From NCBI GenBank assembly GCA_963790205.1, contig CAWBNQ010000014.1:160001-224000 (forward strand): 64,000 nt of DNA, read 5' to 3'. Below the pieces are notes generated by a model. The model was not told the origin of the DNA. It saw only the letters and a program-made list of their open reading frames with translations, and searched no databases. The position numbers and the translations under genes were made by a program. The first letter of the stretch is position 1. The number at the start of each line of letters is the position of its first letter. This document shows positions 9,664-21,100 of this stretch, one piece after another. This DNA is from Nitrospirota bacterium (GTDB lineage: Bacteria; Nitrospirota; UBA9217).

Positions 9664-11042
9664 CCTGTTCTCCTCTTGTCCACCACATACACGCTCCTGG
9701 CTATCGTCTTGGCATAGTCCTTGAGCTCGGCTGCGAGTTCAGAGGCCTCGAGCGGGTCCGAAAGCTTGTGCTGTTCATCGGTCACGATCGCTATCGAGAT
9801 GGTCATGAGCGGAAACCGCATAGCCTCTCCATACCGGGTCTTGCCGAAGATGAAGCCGTTCTCCCGGTCCCCCTTGTCATAAAAATCGGGGATGCGCTCG
9901 TCGAACTGCTTTACGATTTCTGCGCTTATCTCGCGCATCGTCGCCGGTGTCGTGATCACCACAAAATCGTCGCCGCCGACATGGCCCACGAAGTCCTCAG
10001 ACGACCCTTTTGCCTTCACCGCGTCTTCGATGATGCGGGCGGTCTCTTTGATCACGTCGTTGCCGTGGGCATAGCCGTAATGATCGTTAAAGGCCTTGAA
10101 GTTATCCAGATCGAGCACGCAGAACGCAAATGGGTGTTTGGATTCGAGCCGCCGCTTCAGTACGGTTTCTATAGCAATTCCCCCGGGCAGCCGCGTGAGC
10201 GGGCTTGCATCCAGGTACATTTCCTCAAGCTTGCCGAGTCGCCGTCCCATGCGGCGAAAGGCCTCTGACAAACTCCCGATTTCGTCTTGAGTATCGATAC
10301 GGGGATCAACGTAAAAATCTCCCTCGGCGACACGCCCCGCGGCCACTTTAAGCTTGCCGATTGACGAGGCGATGTGGTTGGTCACCACGAGGCTTGCCAG
10401 CACACCGATAATGATACTGAGGACACACAGCACTGCCGTGGTGATGAAAATCGAATCCGCGACACGGCTGATTTTCTTCATATTGGTTTCCTGGGACCGT
10501 TTTGCTTCCGCTGACATGGTTTTAAGGCTTTCTATCACCTGTTCCAGCTTGCTCTTTAATTCATGGTTGGACAGCGCCGAGGCTTCGCTCAGGTTTCCCG
10601 CCATGACCAGCCGCATTTCCTTCATAAAGAGATCGCCGTACTGCCGGTGGAGCTTCTCTATTTTCCTCAAGGGAAAGCTCTCTTGGCCGGGCAGTGATTT
10701 GAGCAAAGCAAGTTTGGCATCGAACTCTTCGCCGCGCTTCCAGAACAGGCTGCGGACATCCGTTCGCATTAAAATCAGGTAGCGATTTTCGTAGCTGTCC
10801 TGGGCAAGAATAGCGTCGAGCATGTCGTCGGCCGCTTCCTGAACCGGCACATCGACCCGGATGACGCCGTTATTCAGTCCGTGCAGCCGCAGAAGGCCGG
10901 CGAGGACATAGATCACCACGGCCACGGTGAGAACGACCAGCAGCATATAGCCCAGCAGCATCTTACGGGCGATACTAAGCCTGGCGAACAGCGTATGAGG
11001 CGTCATCGCCTCCAGCAGGGCCCTTGGTGAAAAAAAATTCAT
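9660..11042 (-). CDS. Membrane diguanylate cyclase (2 TM, periplasmic helical domain, HAMP, GGDEF)
   Basis: HAMP DEIGSL; DLDNFKAFNDHYGYAHG; GGDDF active-site motif. Confidence 0.9.
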   Translation of the reverse strand: MNFFSPRALLEAMTPHTLFARLSIARKMLLGYMLLVVLTVAVVIYVLAGLLRLHGLNNGVIRVDVPVQEAADDMLDAILAQDSYENRYLILMRTDVRSLFWKRGEEFDAKLALLKSLPGQESFPLRKIEKLHRQYGDLFMKEMRLVMAGNLSEASALSNHELKSKLEQVIESLKTMSAEAKRSQETNMKKISRVADSIFITTAVLCVLSIIIGVLASLVVTNHIASSIGKLKVAAGRVAEGDFYVDPRIDTQDEIGSLSEAFRRMGRRLGKLEEMYLDASPLTRLPGGIAIETVLKRRLESKHPFAFCVLDLDNFKAFNDHYGYAHGNDVIKETARIIEDAVKAKGSSEDFVGHVGGDDFVVITTPATMREISAEIVKQFDERIPDFYDKGDRENGFIFGKTRYGEAMRFPLMTISIAIVTDEQHKLSDPLEASELAAELKDYAKTIARSVYVVDKRRTG

Positions 11043-11400
11043 AACCCCCTGTGCAGTGAACGATCTGTGCGCATGAAACTGCAAAAACCGTGTAGTCTTC
11101 CCCTGAAAGATGTTGAGATAGGGAGGCGGGCTGCTGAATAATCCGACTACCCATGGTTTGAATCAATCAGCGTGGGGCATTCTCCCGGTCCTGACCGACC
11201 ATCATGGGTCCGACGGGCCCGCATGAACCGGATTTTTTATTTTTTTAAGATTAACAAACTATCATGGTGTTGTCAATTATAATATGGAAAACACGAAACA
11301 GGGGAATGCGGGAAGAGCACGGGGGGCCGTGCCGTGAACGTGCATCAGAAGGCGTCAATAGTAACAGCGCGGGTGTGTTCTTTTATAATCCACTGCCCGC

Positions 11401-11910
11401 TTACACCCTCACCTCTGCAAAGGTGATCATGTTCGACAGGACCGTGGCCAGCCATGCCATGATCTGTACAGCGACGGGCAGGACAAGGCACGAGAGCGCA
11501 GCCATGGCAGCCCTCTTCTTCGGGGTCTGCTGTTCCGGCAGGGCCGGAACCCTGGCTGTGGTCATGGCGTAGTTCAGGAGGAATGCGAGCGGCAGATAGG
11601 CGAGGACCCTGAGATAGAATTTCGTTTGGAGAATGATCAATATGGCGACCAGCAGGACCACTTCAAGGAACGTGATGAAGAACGTCCTCGTTAAGGACAG
11701 CCTCCACAACTTCTTCGACAGCGCGTTCTTTACGAGCAGTGTCACACCGACGCCGCTCAAGAACATGGCCGAGACGAATACGAAGGTGCAGAAGCATCCT
11801 ACCTCGATGGCGCAGGCAGACGGCGGGAACGCCAGGATCCCCGCCATAAGGACCATCATGAAAAAAGAAAGAGTATGCTCCCTGCCGGGACTCCCGTGAA
11901 CATCCGTCAT
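11401..11910 (-). CDS. Hypothetical integral membrane protein
   Basis: Several hydrophobic segments; GGAGG RBS. Confidence 0.65.
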   Translation of the reverse strand: MTDVHGSPGREHTLSFFMMVLMAGILAFPPSACAIEVGCFCTFVFVSAMFLSGVGVTLLVKNALSKKLWRLSLTRTFFITFLEVVLLVAILIILQTKFYLRVLAYLPLAFLLNYAMTTARVPALPEQQTPKKRAAMAALSCLVLPVAVQIMAWLATVLSNMITFAEVRV

Positions 11911-12252
11911 AGAGACCTCCCCTGAAAACAGCGGACCGCCGGTCTTTCACCGGGCAGACCAGTGGAACTCGCGATGTATCTCCGAAACCTCCCGGCGCCT
12001 CATTGACCACCAGGATTTTGGACAACCGTCGTTCACCGGAATATTATAGAGTACGCTTCCTCTTGTCAAAGAAAATCGCCGAAAATAAATATAGCTGGGG
12101 AAATTATGATTTTCAGATAAAGTGATGCTGCAATTTGAGCTGACGCCTGCCGTCCCGCGGAGATACAAAGGACGAGAGAGAAGCGCTGGTCCTGCTTTCG
12201 CTACGGCTGGTTCCTCTATTCAAGGAAGAAGATCAAAAAACGGGGATGGTCG

Positions 12253-12477
12253 CTAATTCGTCTTGTGGCAAACCAGGCATTGTCCCTTGGGAGGATGGGT
12301 CGGCTTAAGCGGCGCCTGCTTTGCGGGCCCGTGGCACGCGACGCATCCGGCATCCGTGGTAATGCCGCTGTGCAGGACATCAGACGGAATAGGGGGAACT
12401 TTTTTGCTTGAAGAGAGCAAGAATAAGAGCAGCAGCACAACGAGAATAAAAACTGCAATACCTATGGTATTCTTCAT
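12253..12477 (-). CDS. Small membrane-anchored diheme c-type cytochrome
   Basis: N-terminal TM helix; CVACH and CLVCH heme motifs plus two extra His. Confidence 0.82.
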   Translation of the reverse strand: MKNTIGIAVFILVVLLLLFLLSSSKKVPPIPSDVLHSGITTDAGCVACHGPAKQAPLKPTHPPKGQCLVCHKTN

Positions 12478-13093
12478 GTCGATAAACCCCCGCTTGGTTT
12501 GTCGGAAATTGTCCCGGGCTCTTTATTAAAACATACTTAGCCCGATGAACAAACGGTCCGCTCCAAAAAGCTTGCCTTTCCCGTGGTGATCAGTAAAAAA
12601 TGATTATGATGAGTTCACATCCACGAATACCTTGTCCAAGGGAACTGTTTTTTGAAAATGCAAATATGCTCCACAATCGTTTTCAGAGGCCCAAATTAAT
12701 TTTACCCGAGTATCTTTGCAAAAGCAATCTCTCGAATGTTCTCAGCTTCGTTTCAGCAGATGGAACTGGGTTTTATTGCAGTCAATCCAAACCCGCGGGC
12801 CCATAACGCCCGCGCTTTCAGCACACACCCGTAGCAGCCGCCCGTTCTCTGTCTGAAGCAGGCCGGCTCTCCCTTCATGCATGCCGTCTTCCGCTGCATT
12901 GAAATCATGATACCATCAGGGACTCCCGGAACGGGAGTTTATTTGTGTAAAACCCAACCGTTAAATCATGGCCCCTGCTTTGATATTCTGCTATAATTTG
13001 TCCATAGATTTCTGATAAATAGCCTTCCTTTTTGAACCTACAGCTCGGACCTTGAATCGTAAATCTTGCATCCCCGTTTTCGAAGGAGCGTTC

Positions 13094-16000
13094 ATGAAGC
13101 ATTATAAATTCGATGTCATCATAATCGGCGCGGGCCCTGCCGGCGTGACTGCCGCGGGCGCGCTCGCGGGAACGGGCATCTCCGTAGCCCTGCTCGAGGC
13201 AGGCGTATACGCCGGGGCCGAGAACTGGTCCGGGTGCGTGTACTTCGCGGAGGGCTTGGCGGAAAAGGACTGTTTCGGGACCGAGGCCGTTCTGAAAGCC
13301 CCGTTCGAGCGGCGCGTGGTCCGTCGCGGCACGCTCGTGCACAACGGTCTTGACGTCGTGGGTGTGGAGCTTACCGACCCGGACGCGTTCAAGAACTGCT
13401 ACACCGTGCTCAGGCCGGTATACGATCCCTACTTCGCGGACCTTGCCCGCAGAAAAGGCGCAATCCACATCACGGAAACGACGGTCACCTCGCTCATCCG
13501 AAAAGACAACAGGGTCATCGGCGCGGAGACGAACCGCGGCCCGCTGTATGCCGACCTTACCTTCATTGCCGAAGGCGACGCGTCGCATCTCGTCCGCGCT
13601 GAACAGCTCGAACGCGCGGCGGAACCGCACTTTCTCCAGGGGGTAAAGGCCGTGCTCTCGCTCAAACCCGAAGAGCTCGAGAAGCGGTTCAGGCTCGGCC
13701 CCGGCGAGGGCGCGGCCTATGAACTGCTCCTCCGGAACGCCTCGATCGGGGGCAGGACCGCAAAGCTGAACGTCGGCGGCTTCCTCTATACGAACCAGGA
13801 CAGCCTCTCCATGGGCTACGTGGTCCCCCTCGACAACGTGCGGAACAACTACCGCGGCAATCACGACAATCTGTTCGAATGGATGAAGGGACTTCCTTTT
13901 ATCAAGGAACTGACGGAGGGAGCCGCGCTTTCAGCCTACGGCACGAAGATCATCAGGAGCGGCGGATGGCGGGAACGGCCGAAACTCATCGAAGACGGGC
14001 TTGTTGTCGGCGGCGCGTCAGCCGGACTCGGCGTCGACCTCCCTTTCCCGAATTTCACCGGCCCTGCCTCGGCAACGGGACTCTATTTTGCGCGGGCAGC
14101 CAGGACCCTCCTCCTGCACGGCCGGACGCCGGACGAGAAAAATCTTGCACAAGAATATCTCGACCCGCTCCGTGAGAGCGTTTACGGAAAGAACGCTCAG
14201 TATCTTTCTCAATGGCCGCATTACTTCGGAAAATCGAAGGTGCTTTTCGGCAGGACCGCGGACATGGCCTGCGGCACGGCCCATTTCCTGTCGAACGGAA
14301 GCCTTATCGAGACCGGGAGGTTCCTCAGAAACCACATCCTCTCCATCCGCGGATTGAAGGAAGCGATCACCGACACCGCACGCATGATCAGCAGCCTCAG
14401 GCTCTGGAAACCGATGGTGACCTCAACGATCAACGCCGGCACCTTCCGGCGCTGGTTTACGAATATCTTTAAAAAAGCTCCCGCGCGCGGGGCAAGGCTC
14501 GGCATCATCCTTCGCATTGCAGGCAAGGATGTTGATGCAACAACCCTGCCCTGGCCCGTGGGCCCGCTGATCAAAAGGCTTTCCCCCGCGCTCCTCAGCG
14601 CGCTCGAGCAAATCTACGGGAACGATGATCAGCCTGTCGGGAAAAAACTTTCAACAGCCTTGCGGCACGTCATAAGGGGCTTGCAGCTGACCGACATCAT
14701 CGTGCTTCCCCTGTTCGGCATGCTTCTCTTCATCATCGCTCTCGGCACGGCACTGTGGGACGCCTTTCGATTCTACGTGCTCAAAACACCGGTGGACCGG
14801 TTTCTTGCCGAGCCGGTGATGGCGTACAACGAATCGCAGAGAAAGGCAAGGGACCTCGACGCGGTCAGACCGGCCGTCAGCCTCGACGCAAAGCTCGCCA
14901 CGAACACCTACCGCGCCGGAACAGTGTCGCACATAAGAACGCTCTGGCCGGAATCGATCAAGGCCCAGCCCGACATGTCCCAGGCCGGGCTCTGGTGGGT
15001 CTGCCCGGCGCGCGTCTACGTCTATGACGCGCCGCCCTTTGCCGGCCGCGGCAGGGTGACGGTGAACTATGAGAACTGCATCAAATGCGAGTCCTGCTGG
15101 CGGGCCGAGCCCGGCCGCGTTCTCTGGGGAAGACACACGGACCACAAGCTCATCTACCGGCCCGAGAGCGCGGCAATGGCGTCCTTGATCGAGACGATGA
15201 AATCAGCGCCTCCGAAACAACAGCAGGCAGCGACGGCCCCGGTCCTGCTCGAAGAAACAGTGTGGTATGTGAGCGACGGGATCAAGCGTTCCTCGCGTGC
15301 CGCGCTGATGGCGTTAACGGCCTTCAGGGACAGCGTGGCAAAACTGCCCTCCTCGGCCGACAAAACGCGGCGGGCATGGCCGTCGGCGCTCGGCAGGAGA
15401 CTCGGAGAAAAGCTCGAGAAGCTCGAAGCGGCGTTCGTGAACGACGGCAGGTCCGCCCAGACCCACATGGTCCGGGCGGAGCGAAATAATCTCGAGGTCA
15501 GGCTTGCCGAAGGAAGATTATTTCATGCGCTCTACTGCTGTCAACGGGTCGAGCAGCGGCTCCAGGCATGGACCGGCGATCGCGAAGACGCGCGGAGCTC
15601 CGACCCGGCAACAACAAATACGGGCAGCACTCTTACCTACGATGAAGTATCGAGTTTATTCCCCGACAGGGTCGTGAAGCAATGGGAAGAGGGTCCCCTG
15701 CCCCCGGAGTGGGCCGGAAAGCTATGGGCCTTCATCTCCGAACATCAGGACGCACCTCAAGACGCCGTGCGCGCGCTCTCGTCCGTCAGTCCCGCGCTCG
15801 GCCTGATCGCCGCGTATCAGTTCCCTGCAGTCGCAGTGCTGGCAAAAGCGGAAATCACCCTGCCTCCCGGCATCTGCGCAGTAGCTTCGGACGATATCGA
15901 CATCCGTGAATCGATCGACAGCGTGAAGCTCCGGGGAACGTTCCATCTTATGCCGCTTGCCGCGTGCAATACTCTTCTCGTTACCGCAAACAATAAAGGC

Positions 16001-19000
16001 CATATCGTTCCGCTTTCCACACCGGGGGTCACGATCACCCCCACGCCGGCGATCGGTTTCAGGGCAGCGGCGCTGTCCGATGTCGTCCTGGACTGCACCG
16101 TGAAAAAACAGGCGCTCATGATCGCCGAGGGGAGAGACGCGCCCGATGCGGCCTCGTACCTCGCGATCGCGTTGGGCGCCGGAGACTATCTCTGCAAAAG
16201 GATAAAGGAGCATGCTGCCGGACGGGTCCAGTTCCCCGGCCAGATGCTCGACACCGAGGGCCGTGACGGCATCGCGAAGCTCGGTGCGGTCAAAGCCATG
16301 ATCGGCCGGACCGAAGCGTGGCGGCTCCTGCTGGAAACCCTGTACAAGACATCGACGGAATCCTCTCCCCTCTGGGGAGAGGGAAAGGGCCTGCACCCAG
16401 CGTTTACGAGTGCGAGTGCAGGGCATGAGGGGGCGCTCCGAACTCAGAACTCCAAACTCGATTTCAACCTCCTCTGCGCCTCGGTCGCCGCCATGGCTTT
16501 CAGTCCCGAGCCGGGCGCCATGGGCTACGACGCGGGCCAGGTCTTCGGCGGGTTCGCCTATTCCGAGGACGACCTGCTTTCGAGGTTCTACCGTGACAGT
16601 TCGCTGTTCAGGTTCCTTGCGCCCGGCTATGGGGCTTCGGCGAAACTGCACGCCGCATTAGGCGAAGAAAGCCGCGATCGGTCCCTTTCCCTTTTCAGCA
16701 GTCTCGATGCCGGCCGCGGAGAGCCGCTGGGACCGCCGGCATTGCGTTTGACGGCAATCACCAGGAAGTGTACGTTGATTTCATCTCGTGCCGATGCTTC
16801 GCTCGCAGGCGAAGCCAAGGCCATCGCGCTGGCTGTTCGCGATCTACTGGCAATAATCGAGAAAGGGCTGGACGAAGGCAAAAGCATGGAGGCCGAGGCT
16901 GCCGCTGTCGAGGTGCTGCTCGCATTAGCTGAAGACGCGGTACAAAAAGCGGAGCTGTCCGCTGGGCGCGGCGCCGTGTCCCCGACGGCCGTATTCCCCG
17001 TCGAACCCGCGGGGAATGAGGTGACACTGGATGCATACTACGAGGCGTTCTGTGCACCTTCGGGAGCGCCGCACAGATCCGGCCGCTTCCTCACGACCGC
17101 ATTCGACCGTTCCGCCCGCTTCGTGCCCGAGATGCAGCTCCATGACGCGAAACTCAGGGCTCGCTGGATCGAACTCGCGGACTGGTTCAAAAAGAACTGC
17201 CGCGACAAAAAGTTCGACGGCCTTCATATCGAGCGCTACATCGAGAAGGTCCACCGTCTGCCCGACGAGGTGCTCCAGGCGGCAAAAGACAACAAATGGC
17301 TCGCCACCACTATCCCCGGAACCGAAGACGGGTTGGGATGGCGGAAAGCGGAATACTACATTTTAAACGCCATGGCCGGCAGCTTCGGCGATGCGGGCAT
17401 CGACCTTTTGATCATGGCGAGCACGAGCATCGGCACTACCCCGATCCTGCTCGGTCTCGAGGAAGAACTGCCGCGCGTGCGCGAAGAGCTGGCGCCCCTG
17501 GCACAGGATGAACGAAAGCTCGGCGAGATCGGCGCGCGGCTCGCGAAGCTCGTCCGGACCCTTTCCAATCCCAACCCCGCCTGGATCAGGAAAGAATACG
17601 AGGCCGTGATGAAGCTCGTTGACGAACGCATTCGCCGCACCCGCGTGGTCAAATACCTTGCCGCCAACTTTCTACGGGCCTTCTACGGCGCGGGCATCGC
17701 CGGCAGGCGCGGAGACTTCAACGGATTTATTTCGAACCTCAAACACGCAGACGAACTGTTCGCAAAGCTCATGCCCGACGTGCAGGCGGCGCTCGATGAG
17801 CTGCCGCGCCGTGAGCGCTGCCACAAGCTCTTTCTCCGCTTTCTCGGCCACGGCGGTGTAAGCGCCTTTGCCCTGACCGAGCCCACGGCGGGGTCCGACT
17901 CGGGCGGGGTCAAGACCACGGCCAAGCTGCAAAGCGCCGGAGCTTACACCGCCTTGACGACGGCAGGTATTCTTTTTATTTGAATGACGACGAGAAGAGC
18001 ACCAGGTACCTGATCGATGCGGACAAGATCGTTTTCCTCGATCACGGCATTGCCTATCACACGCCTGACGGGCAGGTAGCGCCGATCAAGTACGACAAGT
18101 ACGACTACGCGACCGATCAGGGTATTCGCTACTACCTCCGTAACGGGAAGGAATGTCCGTTCCACGACATCGGCCAGGTGCGGGAATCAAATGCCGGACT
18201 CGTGTACGAATATTACAGCATGACGGGCGCAAAGATGTGGATCACGAACGGCAGCATCGCGACCCAGTTCTGTCTCTACGCCCAGACGCCGGAGGGCGTC
18301 ACCGGCTTCATGGTCGACCGGCACGCCGAGGGGCTCAAGGTCGGCGCTGACGAGAAAAAAACGGGCCAGCGCGGCTCGCCCACGAACGAGATATCGATCG
18401 ACAGCGCACGCGTACCGCGCGAGGCAGTCATCGGCTACGAGGGACATGGCCAGGTGAACGCCCTCGAAACTTTGAACGTCGGCCGCTGCGGCCTGGCCGT
18501 GGTGTCCGGCGCGCTCATGCGCAAGCTCATGCAGGAAGCGGCCCAGGCAATCCCCGCCTCGCCCGAACGCGACAGCCTCCTGGGCGAGGCCGCGGCCGTT
18601 CTCTTCGGCAGCGAAACCCTCGCCTATTACCTCGTCGGGCTCTTCGACCGGCCGCATGAGTCGGTGCGCATGGAATCGGCCATAGCTAAATACGTCTGTT
18701 CCGAGGACATCCATGAACTCCTCACGCTCGTGGAGCGCGCCTTCGGCCCGGCGGGCCAGACCGAGAAGTTCCTGCTCGAAAAAGCGCGCCGCGACAGCCG
18801 CATCCTCACGATCTACGAAGGCACGAACGAAGTGCAGCGCTTTCTGATCATTAAAAGACCTGATCGCCCAGGCCGCTTCCTGGCCCGAGCTCACTGAACA
18901 GCAGGAAGACGCCGCCTTGCGAACGCTGGCGTCGTGGAAAAGAAGGCTCCGGCTGCACGTCAAAGAAGCCGCGGCTCTCCTCGGCGACGCCGGCTGGTCC

Positions 19001-21079
19001 GATGCCATGCTTCAGCCCGCCCTGTTCCCGCTTGCCGAGATGGCCGGCGAGATACTTCGGCTTGAATGTATTTATTACCGGGTGAGATGGCTGAACGATT
19101 CAAACGCACTTCTCGCGCAAAACTCTCCGGACTATATACCCGGGATGCAAGCCGCGGCGCAACGCGCTGCCGACAGGGCAATAGCTCGTCTCGAACACCT
19201 CAGCGGAAAATATGTATCAACAGGGGAGCGTGTGAGAGACGGCTTGGACATGCCCGAGGTGGTTATTACAGATGCCGTCCTCGCCGGCATGGCAGCAAAA
19301 CCTTCTCGACACTATGAAGCGCCGGGAGCGCTGTATGCCCCGGTACGCGTCCTCTCCATTGTCAGGCCAATCGCCGACATCTCTCCCGGCCCGAGAGTAT
19401 CGGACGGACAGCTCCGGGAACTTGTCTGGCGGCTGGACCCGTCCGACCTTGCCGGGTTGTCGCACATGTTCGCGCTCAAGTCCCAAAGCGGTCCTCAGGT
19501 GATCGTCGATGTGCTCATGCCCGGCGGCCCCGAGCATGACGCCCTCCTCAGGATGTCCGCGGGTGTTCGCGTTGACGGCCTGCTGCGCCTGGATATCGGT
19601 CCCACTGCGAGACCCGGCGCGTACGTAAAAACCGTGAGAGACCTCGAGGCATTGCAGCAATACGACCTTATCATTATTGGAGCGGATTGCCGGAATGGCG
19701 ACCAAAGTCTCGGCGCTTATCTTGCCGGCGCCCTCAAGAGGCTCCACTATCGCCGCGAGAAGATAGAGGTCAAGACAGACGGCAGCGGTTTTTTACACGT
19801 TGCCCCCCCGGCGGTGATCAGCGTCACGGCCATGACCCCGGAGCCGCTGATGTGCATGACCGATGCCGTCGGTTCTATGATGACGCGAATACGCGTTCTG
19901 GAATTCGCCGGAAAACCCGCTGCGGCGTCCGAACGCTTCGAACAGCCTGCCGGCTCCGCGGCAATCACCCGGATGATCGCCACGGTCGGCCAGGCGGCGG
20001 AATATCTCAAGTCCTTTGCCGCATCTGCGAGCGCAGCTTCTGCGCCGGATTACAAAGGAAGCGTCACGAAGGGCACGTTGAGCGATGGCGATGCGGTCTG
20101 GGCCGTGCTCGATCCAAATGAACCGAGGTCGAACCTGGCTGTTCTTCGCGCATCGCGCATGACAGCGGACCTGCTCGGCAAGAAAATGCGCGCCGCGATC
20201 GCGGCGCCGCGATCGCTGTGGCCGCAGCTTCTGGGGCTTGCCAGGGCGAATGGCTGTGAGCAGGCGTACTGCATCGATACCAGAGGGGGCAGGCTGTCGA
20301 ACGACGGGAAACGCAATCTGCTTCGGTCGCTCATCAAGACGTCTGATGCGACGTTTGTGCTCGCGGGAACGGAGTGGGCCGGTTCCTTCGCCTTTGTGGC
20401 GGGCGAATGGGAAGCTTCGAACAAGACGGTCCTGCTCTGCTCCGGCGTAACGCGCATCGAGAAGCAGGGAACGGGCGGGCTCGTCTTTTCCCTGCCTGTC
20501 TATGAAGGCAAGCTCGTCAGGCTCTGCGCATATGAGAAGGGGCCGGCCTTCGTTACGGTCGCCTTTGAGTCTGACTTCCCCGCCCCTTCAGAGCGGGCCG
20601 ATTTCAAGGTCTCGGCCCTCGCCATTGAAATCGATTCCGACTGGATCATGCCCCTGTTGCCGATCGCTGTGCCCACGCTCTCCCAAGCCGACGTGATCAT
20701 TGACCTCGGCTACGGCATCAGGGACAAAGCGGGATATGAACTGGCGCAGGAGCTGAAGAAGAAACTGGAATCCATGGGCCTCGCGCCCCTGTTCGGCGCC
20801 ACGCGCAAGGTCACGCAGGATTTGAAGCTCCTTCCGCTCGATGCGCAGATCGGCCAGACCGGCGTTCGCGTGAATCCGAAACTCATCATCGCCCTCGGCA
20901 TCTCAGGCGCGCCGCAGCACATCGACTACATCGGCGCGCGCGCGGAAATATTGTGCTTCAACAAGGACACCGAGGCTCCTTTGATGAGGCTCAATCAAAC
21001 TCACGCTTCCCCACGCGTGCATCCGATCGCGGGAGACCTCTTCGTGACCGTGAGGGAGTTGATCGAGAAACTGGGATAG
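13094..21079 (+). CDS. Giant fusion: FixC-like FAD oxidoreductase, FixX ferredoxin, two acyl-CoA dehydrogenase modules, EtfB-like, EtfA (split by indels at ~17940 and ~18855)
   Basis: GAGPAG and GGFLYTN (FixC); CPARVY...CIKCESC (FixX); RVQFPG and GGFAYSED..RFYRD (ACAD1); FALTEPTAGSD, GAKMWITNG, IYEGTNEVQR (ACAD2); QIGQTG..P.LIIALGISGAPQH (EtfA); GAAGGAG RBS at the start. Confidence 0.82.
16362..16460. repeat. REP-like palindrome plus heptamer repeat inside the giant CDS
   Basis: cctctcccc-tct-ggggagagg, then cctgcac...gtgcagg, then tgaggggg and ccgaact-cagaact-ccaaact. Confidence 0.6.
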
Positions 21080-21100
21080 GGGCTTATTACGGAGGGTAAT

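Noticed and set aside
11170..11200. SRP RNA-like string (gtcaggaccggga on the minus strand)
   Set aside because: Lacks the GGAAGG-AGCAG half of the conserved SRP domain
12540..13050. Riboswitch in the long intergenic region
   Set aside because: Only short hairpins (e.g. actccc-ggaac-gggagt) and a TGnTATAAT box; no recognisable aptamer consensus
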